Assembly (NCBI GenBank): GCA_036172245.1
Contig: JAYWIR010000005.1
Coordinates: 3,100,001 to 3,164,000 of the forward strand
Reading direction: 5' to 3'
Length of the DNA stretch: 64,000 bases
Source of the DNA: Raillietiella orientalis
Lineage: Eukaryota
The notes under the pieces were generated by a model. That model was not told where the DNA came from, did no database searches, and worked only from the letters and a program-made list of their open reading frames with translations. The position numbers and the translations under genes are program-made. Every line of letters starts with the position of its first letter. Position 1 is the stretch's first letter. Below, one piece after another: positions 39,085 to 50,319 of the stretch.

Positions 39085-40005
39085 GGGCGCATTCCACCCC
39101 GTACGTGGCGGACCGGCTGAGCAGCTTTGGGCATGAAGGCCACGCTCTTAACGCGGACAGCGCTCAGATCCGCGTCCTCGAACAGACTGACTGAATAGTT
39201 TGGACTGCGGTGCCCTCCACGAACTGTGGCAGAGGCTGTCTTCAGCGCTCCTGAACACGGAGAACACTTGCAAGGATGCGTTGCGACGATTCTTCACGCG
39301 CGATGGACTCCTGGCAGGCGCCATAACTGCGACGCTATGTTGCACTTCCGCTCCACCGTCACAGCCCACCAAGTGCTGGAGCCACGGGCTCAGATAAGGG
39401 AGGTCACCCGCGCGGCAGCCGCCTGCGTGAGGACAGCTGCGAAGTAGGCTCACCTGGAAGAAGGCGAGTCGGAGATGGCCGGCATTCTGAGCCGGTACTG
39501 AGCAGAGAAGAGCAACCACAGACCACAGTCCATAAGACCTTCATTTCCATTTTCTTATTTATTTATTTATTTATTGTTCCCTTCTCTCCCTATCTGAATT
39601 TCTCCAGTAACCGACTTGCGTGTCGGTGAACCTTTCCTCCGAAGTTCCTTTTCTTAGTTTCTGTTTCATTTCATAACTGCGTTCCCAAATTTCTTGCTTA
39701 TTTCTGTTGCGGATAAATGCCCCGAAGTGACCCGATGGAAAACCAAATGGACTTCTCTGGCTGCTGCCGAGCTTCTTCAGGTCCGTCTCGAAATCCTGAG
39801 CTATTGTGCGCACCGCGAGCGAGAAAAGAACCTCGCGGATCGGCAGCTTGGTGATCTTCGGGTAGCGACGAACCTCCAGTGGAGCTGCCGGCCCTGATCG
39901 GTACCTCCCGTGGCTCCTGAGCGCGCCTCCTTGGCCTCCAGCTGCTTCCGTGGAGCCCTGCCCAGTCACGCACTTCTTGCGTGCAGAGCACCTCGTTCGT
40001 GCCAC
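39085..40005 (-). pseudogene. H3: Histone H3 pseudogene, frameshifted and split by a LINE insertion
   Basis: N-half (40005-39755): (V)ARTRCSARK / GRAPRKQLEAKEAR..ATGG / RYRSGPAAPLEVRRYPKITKLPIREVLFSLAVRTIAQDFETDL / SSA. C-half (39200-39085): YSVSLFEDADLSAVRVKSVAFMPKAAQPVRHVRG. These are colinear with canonical H3 ([91 protein letters not shown]). The start codon is GTG, and there are several frameshifts. Confidence 0.92.
39207..39747 (+). mobile_element. 5'-truncated copy of the L1/Tx1-type LINE inserted antisense into the H3 pseudogene
   Basis: Homologous to ~37382-37845 (TGGACTGCGGTGCCCTCCA, CGATTCTTCACGCG, CGTCACAGCCCACCA, GCTGGAGCC, TATTTATTGTTCCC, TAAA.GCCCCG..GTGACC). Flanked by the direct repeat TGGACT at 39201-39206 and 39748-39753. 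Confidence 0.8.
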
Positions 40006-40299
40006 TGTTGCCGTTCGCAACCTCGGTTCCTCCTTTCAGCTGCAGAACTCAAAGTTGGTTCCCCGTTCCAGCTGTCCCAGGAGCGCTCGACCTTGAACGC
40101 GTGCTGTTTCCGGTGAAGAGGAAGACCGCGTCTGCTACGGGCCAAGATCTCTAGAGCCGGGTACTGCTGCTGCCACCCTCTGAGAGCAGGACAGGACTTT
40201 CCCCGAGCCGATTCTGAAAGTGCCCCAGTTCGATTCTTCCCGCAGCCCGAAAAAATTCGGACTACCCGGAAGTCTCCTCAGGCCGCGTCCGAAGGTTTG

Positions 40300-41440
40300 C
40301 GACTCCGGCTTACCCGTGGGACTTTCGTCCTGAAAAATCTCGTGGCAACCATTTCTTCTTGCTTTCCGCTCTGTCCTCCTGCTCGACTCTTTTCCTCCGA
40401 TCGCTTTTATCGCAACATCTGTTTGCCTCTGCGCGAACGGGGAGTAGGAAGACGCTCCCAGAAATCGAAAATGGATTGCCACTCGAGAAGAGACCACTGG
40501 AGGAACTACAAGCAAGTCCTACAAGATGAGAGGACAGGGGTGCAGCTGGAAAGCGAGGGAAGCGATTTTTTTCCTTTTCATCCCATTTAACATCTTCAGT
40601 TAATGGTCTCTCTCTTCCCATTCTCCTCTCCGAAAAATCATTCGATGCGTTCCCCTCTGTCCTTTCACGCCTGCCGAGCAGGGAGAGACTAGGTGTCCGC
40701 AAGGACGGCGGAGAGCCTTGCTTCCCTTCTCCCTTCCTTCCTTCCCCGCTCGAAGAAAACGTTTCCGCACTTCCAGAGTGGGTGACTCGCGCGGGCGTGC
40801 TAGGAAGGTCAGCAGCGCAGCGAGAGTGCTTATCCCGGGAGAGGAAGCAGAGGCGGGCAGACAAGTCGGAGGGAGCTGCCGTCTGGTTTACCTGGGAATC
40901 CGCCGCCTCCCCTAGTGGAATCGGTCCGAAAGCGAGGGTGAGTGGGCTCCGCTGGAACTTTTCCAGGCCGCTCCGTGGAGTCATGGTGGGGAGTGAACGG
41001 GAATCCGCAACGGAAAGGAAATGTTTACTGGCTGCGCCCCAGTCCTGACCGTCAGGCTGAGAATGCCGAAGGAGGCAGCAGCAGACAGATGTGTCGAGAG
41101 ATGGCCTCCCTTGACTGACTTGGGGCAGTTTCCCTGCTGTCCACCGAGGGTTCCCGACCGCGGGCTGCCTCTGAAAGCATGGCGTGGCATGCCGACGGCC
41201 ATTTTCTTTTTCCCATAGGAACGATGACTTTCCACTTATTCAATAAGGGCAAGTGCTTCCACAGCTTCCCTTTCAGCTGCTGAGGGGGCGGACAGTGTGG
41301 CCTTCGAGAAACTTCGCGAAATAGGAATTCTCATAAGGAAACAGAAGACGTCTTGGGGAGGGAGAGCCCGTTTCGGCGCGAGCTGTGCACGTCGGCATTT
41401 GACGTCAGCGTGACGCCAACGCGTTGGCGTCACGCTGAGG
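40300..41440 (+). mobile_element. Decayed DIRS/Ngaro-like RT-RNase H fragment
   Basis: RT: LPLRERGV...GVQLESEGSDFFPFHPI ('PLRxxGI...GxxINxEKSxLxPxQxI'). About 200 codons later, RNase H: MFTG, MTFHLFNKG, RAVHV...ANALASR ('RAxHIPG..N..ADALSR'). Confidence 0.5.
41405..41438. repeat. Perfect 34-bp palindrome
   Basis: TCAGCGTGACGCCAACG CGTTGGCGTCACGCTGA, with no spacer. Confidence 0.97.
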
Positions 41441-41519
41441 ACCTGGAAAACGAGAAAGTGAAAGGAGAAGCCGAGCGCCCGGTAACCGCGCCTTCCGCTA
41501 GCGACGTACTAGGCACAGA

Positions 41520-42190
41520 AGTAGGTGGGTAAGTAGGTAGGTGAATGGGACAAGCGGATGGAAAAATCAACGCATGCGTGGGGATTTACGAACTGATAGG
41601 TAAAAGTACTGGGCAGATATTGTGCCCTGCAAGCACATAGACCAACACTAAAAGCATTGGGATACGTGTGATGGACGAAAAGGTGGACGAGCAGGCGTAT
41701 GCAACTGCAGAGCACCAGCAGCATCCCATGGTTAATAAATGCACATGAAGACAAGTGAGGATGAACGCGTGGGTAGACACATACAAATGGATGCAGGTGG
41801 ATGAGTGGATACACACGCGTGTGGGCAGATGCGGGTAGGTGAGAACAGCTAGGCAGCTACATCTGTGGATGCCTAAGGAGATATACAGATATTTACGCTA
41901 GAGGAATCAGCGGATAGGCGGATGTGTGAGCACGGTGGTGTGCAGGATGAGATGCATATGTGGTGCACGTGTGGAGCAGCAGGCAAGCTGTAAGCTTGGA
42001 TGCCAGGAGATGCAGGCAGACAGAGGCAGATAGGATGCGCAGGTGGATGTGCTGGATGAGTAGCTGGAAGAGTGGATACATGGGCTCGTGCAGGTGGACA
42101 AAACGCAGAATTGGATACAGCAGATAGCTGGACACCGTGGGTGGATAAGCAATGCCTCGGTTGGACTCCCGAGTGAGTGGATGCGAGTGC
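41520..42190. repeat. Degenerate G/A-rich tandem or low-complexity tract
   Basis: Recurrent GCAGGTGGA, (G/T)TGGATACA, GGTAGGT and GGATG units, with a G/A-rich plus strand. Confidence 0.7.
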
Positions 42191-43259
42191 AGAGTCCCAG
42201 CAACGCTGTGGTCTGTTACCTGGAAGGTTGTCCCGGCAACTGCTGCTCACCAAGGGGGAGCCTCCTTTCCGCAGAAGGAAAGCTGGACAGAGCTGCCTAC
42301 CGCCAGATGTTGTGAGGCTTCTGTCCCTTTCGGTCCACAAGGCTTAAGCGGGGACGGCGAATGACTCCGTAGGAATGCTCCAGAAAAGGCACACGGATTT
42401 CATGTGCGAGCTCACCAAAGGCACGTGGGAGAGGCAAGAGACCCTAAGGGTCTGACCAGCAGCTCCACTTTGCGAGAGCAAGGATGGGAGAGAAGAGCGG
42501 GTGGGAGAGGATGTGGAGGATGCTCGACAGGATGGAGTGCTCCCTTCCTTCCCCCCCCCTTTTTCCTACTCGCCTTCCCTGGAGCTTCTCCACGGGATAG
42601 GGAGCGCAGGATGGGGGGGGGGGTCGGAAGGAGGTGTGTGGAAACGACAGGAGGAAAGGACTCTTCTTTTTTTCCCCTCCACTGGAATGGGAGAGAAAGG
42701 GGGGAAAGATCGGGGTACGAACCCCTCCTTCCTGAGCCCGGAACACCACCTTTTTTTTCTCTCTCCTGCCTCGTCTCCCCGTTCCTTCCTCTTCCCTCGT
42801 TCTCCTTCGCCAACCCACGGCAGTATCATGGGATAGGGGCTCGTGGATGGGTCAGCCTGCAGGTCGAGCCGCTGCGGTCCCTCGCACTGCGCGCGCTCGA
42901 GGCAGCAAGCGGAGAAGAAACGATCTCTCTCCCTGCGCACTTTCTCCCTCCCCCCTCCTGCTCCTCCTCTCCGCGCGCACCGCCCACGCCACTGCTGCCA
43001 AGCGCGGTGGGGGAGTTCTCTCCTTCCCTCCCGGCCTCGCGCGCGCTCGCGCTCCTTTCGCAGGGTTCCCCAGTGTTCGGATCGCGTTCGCCCGGTGCGC
43101 GCGCGCGCGCGTTACCCGCCCACCCCTGGTACGAAGGAGGAGGGAGAGAGGCTGCTTGGAGACCGCCCAGTTGTATGAGAGGGGACAGCGGTGGACCTGT
43201 CCCGTCGGTCCAGAGGCCGAGAGGAGGAGCAGCGGCGTCGACGGTCCCTGACCGGTAAG

Positions 43260-43860
43260 TGCGCGAGACGGGAGAGCAGGAAAGACAGGGTGGGGAGCTA
43301 AGAAGTGTCTCCAGAGCGAAGGGATTCTTCCACCCCTTTTTTTCCTCCCTCGAGCAACTTCCTCTCTGGAGGAAGCCCTGCTTCCCTCGGGAAACGTCTG
43401 CTGGGGGCCACGCCGTCCGCAGTCGCTGGACGGCGGCGGCCGCCGCTCTCGCAGAGAAGGCGCGCGGCTCTGCATCACTCCACACACGCCAACGAGCCAC
43501 CGTTGCGTCTTCCTCCTTGTCTCCTCCTCTTCCCTTAGAAAGCACAGCAGGGCTGGAGAACGCGATCTTCCCACAAAAAAACTTCTGTTGCTGAACTAGG
43601 AACTACATCTCTGCCTCGTCTTTGGGTGCTCCCGAAAGCCCAGTCGCCTCTCGTCCTCGCGGGGAGGAGGAGGAGCAGAAGGAAGAGGATGAGGGTCTTC
43701 TTGGCAACGAGAAAGGAACTGTACCGTCTCTCCTGCCTGTAAGGGCGTACGCGTATCTGGCATCATCCTTCTTTCCGCTCCCGACGGGCTGCACCGGCGG
43801 CACGCGCGCGTGCGCCATCTTTGGATACGAGACGGGATCAGAGCAGAGCTCAAGGAGGGA
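43260..43860 (+). mobile_element. Possible DIRS RT fragment
   Basis: KGFFHPFF...WRKP ('GFYSxxFLVPK..WRP'); PVRAYAYLASS (YLDD region); FGYETGSEQS ('LGxxINxEKS'). Confidence 0.4.
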
Positions 43861-44349
43861 TTCCGGCGGCCACCAGGCAGGCACCATGAGAAACATATCC
43901 TCCCTGTTGATCCTTTAACCTCCCCTCCGGCCTACCCCCTTCTCGTGAGGCGCCGCCTCTCGGCGGTCCGAGCCACAAGTCCTTTCCGACGACGACGAGG
44001 ATGAGGAGGAGAAGGAGGATGCGAGGGCTGGACCGCAACTGTTCCTCACGCGTCCCGAGAGGGCGTGACTCGAGAAACAGACCTCTCCCGGGGAACGACA
44101 CGTAGAAGAATCGAGGAAAAAGGGATAGTGGCGAGTCATGAAGGAAGAGGGGGGTAGGCCGAGCGTTTCGGCGAACGCGTGGGTCACGCCGACCCCCATG
44201 AAGTTCGGGGCATTTCCGGACAGCCCGCGCACCGGCCAAAAAGTCCACGGGGCTTCTTCTTCAGGCGATATGGTGATGCCTTTCCCCATGGTTCTCCCGG
44301 TGTCCCCTTTTTTCTCTGGATCACAGATTGCACCGGGCCGCGCTGGCAT

Positions 44350-46950
44350 CTCTGCATCACTCGCCAATGAGCCACCGTTGTGCCAAAACGGAATTTTCTG
44401 CTCGTTCCTAGAGGCGTGCCTCTGCCGACCAGAAGGACGTTTCCCTTCACTCGCCTCTCTTAAGTGGAAGATGCGTCTTGATGTGAAGGTCATCTCTCGG
44501 GTCCTTCCCCGGCCGGAGGGGCGAATATACCGGCGTCCGAAGCGTGGGAGAGAGATACGGGTCTGGAGAGTTCAGAATCCACAGGAAGTGCGCGATCGAA
44601 GCTTTCGTAATGGACATCAGGGCCTCTGGGGACTTCCAAGTGGCGTCATCGTAGCATAGCGAAGAACGGAAACGGGGGAAAAATCACCCAGAACGTCCCT
44701 CCTCCGACTTCCAGTCAGCCGATTCGAGGAAGTCTCTCCTTGGAGAAGCAAGGAACCCAAACATCTTGTCGCGCGTACTCCTCCTAGGGTTACTACGAGA
44801 GACCGGGAATTCAAATGCTTCACCTGCTGCGGTCGCAACGCGGATAGCAACGCGACTTTTGTCAATGGTCAGCTCTGTTCCGTCAGCGCGCGGATTGGGG
44901 GCGCAAACCGCCCAAGCAACCGGGCAGTGCCAAAAATTCCTCCTTGGGAGGTGCTTGAAGGGTCTCCGACTGTTGCCGATGCTCGGTCTTTTCCCTGGGA
45001 ACGGAGTTTGGAGATCCGGATGTTCGGGGGCGGCTAACTATTTGCGTTCTCCGTCTAGAGGCGGAACCTGCGGAAGCCCTGCGAAGCAGATGGCTGGGTT
45101 CTCCCGGACGAGACCGCGTGCTCAGCTATCCCACCGAACCTCCGGACGGGATTCCACCGACGACCCATCCTTCTCCTGCTTTATCCCGGGAATTCGAGCT
45201 CCGGCGAGGGAAACTCGACGGTGAGTTCGCTCCTAAGACCGCGTCATCTCGCGACCTCTGCGCCTCCATCCGATCCGTCTCCCCAGGGAGACCGAGAAAT
45301 GCCTCCCTGATATTCTTCGGCCCTTATCCAGCATTTTCTTCATCCTGCACGGGAAGTCCCTCATACTTTCTCTCTCAGGCGTCACAGTGAGGAGGGCACT
45401 CTCTGGAACGGAATCCTCGGAAGCGCCCTGGGGTCATGACCTTCCCGAAAGGTGCCCCCAGTCTTACAGGAGTGAGCTATTTCCAGACTCTGAGGGAGCA
45501 TTTGTGCCCTCGGGATACTATTGCCAGCATCTCCGGGAGGGCCGGCCGAATTTTCCTCAGTCCCTGCACCCCGACAGCACCTAATGTAGTGTTTGGCCTC
45601 CGCGATACGAATGTGCTGAAGGGTGAACCCAGTCCAACGGAGGGTGCCTATCCGCCTACCATCTTCGGCATTTGCACTTCTAAAGTCTGCGTTGACGAGC
45701 ACCCCTTCTCCCACATGGAGGTGGTCACTGGGTCAGGAACGAGTCTGACCTCCCCTTCACCTCCATTCCGATAGCTGTGGAGCCTCCTCGCGGTCTCTTC
45801 ATATTTCCACCGTGCTACCAGATTGTCGCTCCTAAGTCCCGGCGGAGCCATCGAAAGTCGGAGGAGCCAAGCTTCAGACAGGAGACCTTGGGAAAATCTG
45901 CTGGCCCGGAGACCTCGTGAGAACACATCGGGAGGCGACTGCATATCCGGGATTTTGAGCATCTTCTTCCCTCCTTCCATATCTCTGTCCACTCTCCGTG
46001 AGGATCTGCGAACTGTCTGGAAAGTTCGCTTGGTGACTCCTTCGCGCGTGGCGTCCCCTCTTAGAAACAGCTTTTCCCTTGCGCTTCGTCGTCGTCGCCT
46101 CGAGGGGCTCTCAAGGAAGACCCTGGAGGTCGACTCAAGTGACTTTTGGAGTTAGTGATTTTCCAAGAATGAAGCGTCTGCACCCTTCCTCCCCTCCAGC
46201 CCCCCACCTCGGGCCACCGTGCTGCTTCGAGAAGGGTGGAGTGCCGATTTACAGGAATCCAAGCAGCCTGTTGAGAACGCCTGAAAGGAACGACGCGTTT
46301 CCGCTTTCCGAGAGGGTGGTCTCCCTCCCCCCTGAAGTCCAGAGAGGTCAACAACCAGCAAGGTGGCGGCAGAATCCTCTCGAACGTTGTTCTCTTGCTC
46401 CTCCCGTTCGTCGGCCGCGTTCCCCCGGTTGCGCTGAGGTGACGCCGCTCCCGTGGGAGAATCATGAGACTGCACCGAACAGCCTCCGCCGTGCAGTCCC
46501 GAGGATGCGCTACTGGGGGGTGCGGGAGCCGGGGCGTCGCAGCGAAAAGCATCGCGCCGGGACGAGAGAAGGAAAAAAAAAGGCTCTCCCTCGGTTGGAG
46601 AGTTCGAGTGTTTTCCCGAGCGTGGCGCAACGGGAAGAAAAGTCGGGCGGCACGCGCCTTTCTTTCTTCTTCCGGAGAAGCACCTGGAAACGGACGCGCC
46701 TTCGGTGCGATCCCTTCCAAAAGGCCGAACTTAGTATTCCCGACCTTGTGCGCAGCATCCGGCCTCTCCCTGAGGAGTCTACGGAGAAGTAGTCGCGGGT
46801 TCGTCCACGGCTGCCGAGCCAAGGACAGATGGAATCCTTACAGATTCATCCGGAGGAGTTCAATCCTTTGCATTGCCTTCGGCCGCGCTCTGCAGCTGCT
46901 GCTCGAAAGACGCCGAATGCTCTTTCCGAGCTCCTCGCGCCGAGATCCCT
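44350..46950 (-). mobile_element. Decayed near-full-length DIRS1-like pol region (RT-RNase H-MT-YR)
   Basis: RT: SHRRRVRFQV...RRVPPDFSSRCATLGKTL aligns without gaps to 'HRxFLRF...LPFGLSSAPRTFTKxL'. RNase H: LRGDATREG (~46050), LRSDNLVA (~45830), GVLVNADFRS (~45700). YR, in one frame: ALLSALRPQQVKHL (~44850), CPLRKLR (~44610), RHASR (~44410). Spacing between motifs is consistent with DIRS1 organisation. Confidence 0.6.
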
Positions 46951-49900
46951 GTGAGCTCGTCCGGAGCTTTTTGAAACGCCCCCTGCAGGAGAATGCGAAG
47001 CCTCCCAGATGCTTACTCTTTCCTCCAGGCAACCCAACCTTCGAACGAGCCTGGATTCAGATGCGAGGAGGTACGGAAAGACAAAAACACCCACACATAA
47101 ACACGCGGGCCCCAAGTTCCGCAGATGGCACGCGCCAGGCGAAAGCAAGCCCTCCTGCCCCGTTTTCCGTGCCCTGTGCTCCCATGCAGCCCCTGTGAGA
47201 CGGGTCGCACCAGTTTGCCCTTCTGCTCGCGACCAGCAGGCCCCACCTCAGGTGCACCCACGGCTGTTCGCGAACGCAGGCTGCCTCGTCTTGCGTTGGC
47301 CTGTTGATGGTCAGCAGAAGCTCTGGAAGGTGACCACGGCGTCCCAGGACTGTGCATGCTCCCTTGTCGCTGGAAAGTGACCGCCGCTCTTTTAGGAAGC
47401 CCGTTCCTCTGCGTCCGTTTTGCCAGATCTTTCCGCAGCATGCAAATCCCTCGTCGGAACCTGCCCATCTTCTGATTCGCTAGATGGATACGAACCCGGG
47501 AGCAGAAACCTTGGTCGTGGGGCATCAAGGAACACAGAAATGAACGGGACACCGGAGAATGCTCCCGCAACTGTACAGCAGCGTAAGTCGAGTTGCGGCG
47601 AGAGAGCTTCCGGTGACGCAGCCTGCTACGAGAAGGATTTCACGATCCGACCCGCACTTGCTGCAAATCGTTTCAGCAGCTCTCCTATGGTACCCGTGCT
47701 TCTCCATCTGTCACTAGAAACCGGTAGATACTAGTCAGTTCTCCAGATCTGGAGATAAGCTTGAGGAATATCCGAGGAGGATGCTTGCCACTCTCGTTTA
47801 CCCGGTTCAGGAACCGTCTGCCTCTTGATGAGTTTCGTGCGTGCATCAACTGGCCCTAAGGCCATCTGGGGGTGGCAGGTTCCGTCAGAATCTTGCGGTG
47901 ATCCCCAAAACATGGCAGGCTCTTTGGTGAGGTGTGCTCCTGCTGCTATTCCGCTTACTTGCTTTCTCCTCCGCAATAAGCCGAGGCTTGGAACTCTTAC
48001 TCCCGAGTTTTCAAGAAAGCTCACGAGTTCTTTGCCTGCATTCTGTGGTTGAAGATTGCCTCTAATAAAAAATTATTACTCTATTTGCCAGTAGGGCACA
48101 TTGCATGCAATCATTTCGAGTCACTGCCCGTCAGTTTACTTCCCCCGTGACTTCAGAATGTTTCCTTGTTTGCTCGTCCCCTTGTCCCCTGAGTGATCGA
48201 TGCCTTTCGATGTTTTCTGCTTCCCCTCTTCCAGAGATTCTTCCCCAGTAGTTTTGAATTTCCTGATTTGCTCCCTTTTCTTATCCGCAGTAGTTGCCTG
48301 TCCTTCCGTTCCTTGAGTTGTTATCATCTCTATTCTCATCTGATTCTCCTCATCTCCAAAGCCAATCTCTCACTCGCGAAGAGATTTGAAAAAAATTCAT
48401 TTTTCTTCCTTTTTTTTTTCGATCTGAATCATCAAAGGATTAATTTCTTGATCTTTCTTGATCATAATTTTTTTGATCTTTTGATCATCAAAGGACAAGC
48501 ACCGTTCGCCGTGTCATCTCAAAGAAAGATCAGGGCACAGCCGGTGATGACGTCAGTTCACCATGTCGAAACGCTGATTCCACTCAGCTAGCTTGCTTTC
48601 GGTGGCATGGTTGCCGAAAACGGATCTTCTTAGGTAGCACGAACTGCAGTTAAATAACTCAGCAGCAAAGGGAAAAGACACAGAGTAACTATTAATCCCA
48701 TTCTTTCAATTAAAGTCGTGTAGAGCAAACCATTTGGATACACGCGCTCACGCCTCCAGCTTCGCGAGCAGTATGCAACATCAGAGAGTGCGACTCGCTG
48801 AATCCCCTTTTCCTTCATCTCCTGAATACATTTTTGAATAATCTTTCCAGAAATATTCCTCCGTTCGTGTGATCCTTTCCTGTAAATCCTTGATGGACTT
48901 TTTTTGTGCTCTGGAGCTGTTCAAATCCGCGTTGTCAGCTAGCTTTGTCCTTTACATAAAATCAGTCTTTTCTAATTGCAATCAAAGTCAGCTTCTTAAG
49001 GAGATGCAGACCCTGATCCTCTCTTATGCGTTTCGGATTCTTCCCAATTTGGTGGTAGCCACATCAGCTGTGTGAGGGATCCAGGTCGGAGTTTCCGGTG
49101 CCTTCACTCTGGCTGGCAACTCTCCATGTGGACACCTGCACTTCTTCCCATGGAGATTGCAGATGACCGTTATGAGTACAAGGCATGTTGTGAATGCAAG
49201 AGACTAGGACAAGATTTTGGAGGGATTCAAGGAATGTGTGGAAGGTCTTCCCGCAATCTCGCGTGTAAGAGCTGTCCCGCTGTTCTCTGTGAACACAGAA
49301 GGGAGCAGTGCAAAATCTTTGCAAAAGGCTGTGCTCATTTTCCTAGAAGCGTGTGTGCATGCCCAAGATTCTGTGCACTATCCCTATCATCTGAGCATCT
49401 GCTACCGGATTGCAGATCATGAGAACTTGTGCAGTGGATTGCCGGATCACAGAACTTCATCCAATGAAATGGACCTTTACGAAATATTGCTTTCAATAAG
49501 TTGAACTCTCTTTCCGGTGTTTTTTTTCCCCCCCCTCTTGTTTTGTCTCCTTTTCCAAGGGGAGCAAGCTCACATCCAGAAAGATGCCACCACTAAGCTG
49601 CCTCACTGCCTCACTGCAGTCGAGAGCAATGTTGCAATTCCAAGGAGGTAGAAGACCGACCTGGGAGCACGAACCATTTATGCTACCACAAGCGCTCCTT
49701 CCCCCATGCGGATGCAGACCTTCAGTGAGAAGCGAACAAACGCGTTCTTGCAAGTGCATGTTCTTGCGTTGCAGGAACACATTCGTTCGTTGGACACGTT
49801 GCTGTCGACTGGGAGTGAAACTTACCAAAGTGTTGTTCCTTTTACAAAAGTGATGATGAGAGACTCTGCCTCCGGTTTGACGATTGTATAAAGGCAAATA

Positions 49901-50319
49901 CTTCCATTTAGCAAAGAGCTCGAACATGCCTCAGCTATTTGTCCAATAATACTTATCATACGTCTTGAAAAACTGCTCCTGTTTGGAGAGCTCATTATGG
50001 CGACAGATGATTCTACCCTTTGGTCCTGAGCTCCTTTTTCAGAGGCGATGAAAAATCCTCTCTCGTTCCGCTATGCTGCACCGAGCAGGCACCTCTTTTA
50101 TCTCAGCTAAGTAAAGCGGCAAGTCTCGAACAAACGATTCTTCCGTCTTTGTCTCTGGTGTCGAGGTTCCCCAGAGTAGCTCGTCGAAATCTGACAAAGC
50201 TGAGCACCAGACCGAGCGCTCCACCTCGAGAGAGGAAAGTGAGATGCCGTAGTTCTGGCACGTCCCTACCCGAGCCTCAGATGCAGCATCCGTGTTGACT
50301 GTTGCCATCTCGTTGATTC

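Noticed and set aside
42404..43574. Long overlapping ORFs (240-284 aa) on both strands; similar ones occur at 8900-9766 and 55264-55980
   Set aside because: These are low-complexity R/P/S/G-rich products expected from GC-rich, stop-poor DNA, with no recognisable intact domain.
44380..44500. RNase H-like reading on the plus strand (SFLEACLC...KMRLDVKV)
   Set aside because: It conflicts with the minus-strand YR reading, which continues in frame from box I. Only one can be right, so boundaries here are uncertain.
45200..47030. Apparent fused histone H2B-H2A-H4-H3 quadruplet on the minus strand (e.g. ARAARLFFPL, YEETARRL, IPFQRV), reminiscent of giant-virus histone fusions
   Set aside because: The same DNA fits DIRS RT-RH-MT-YR with better motif spacing. 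The histone matches are short and at chance level.
49072..49422. Cys-rich ORF resembling a PHD/ADD zinc finger (similar impressions at ~22300-22480 and ~32130-32290)
   Set aside because: Cys/His spacing does not fit a complete finger and there is no gene context. The 32.2 kb case is partly created by the palindrome.
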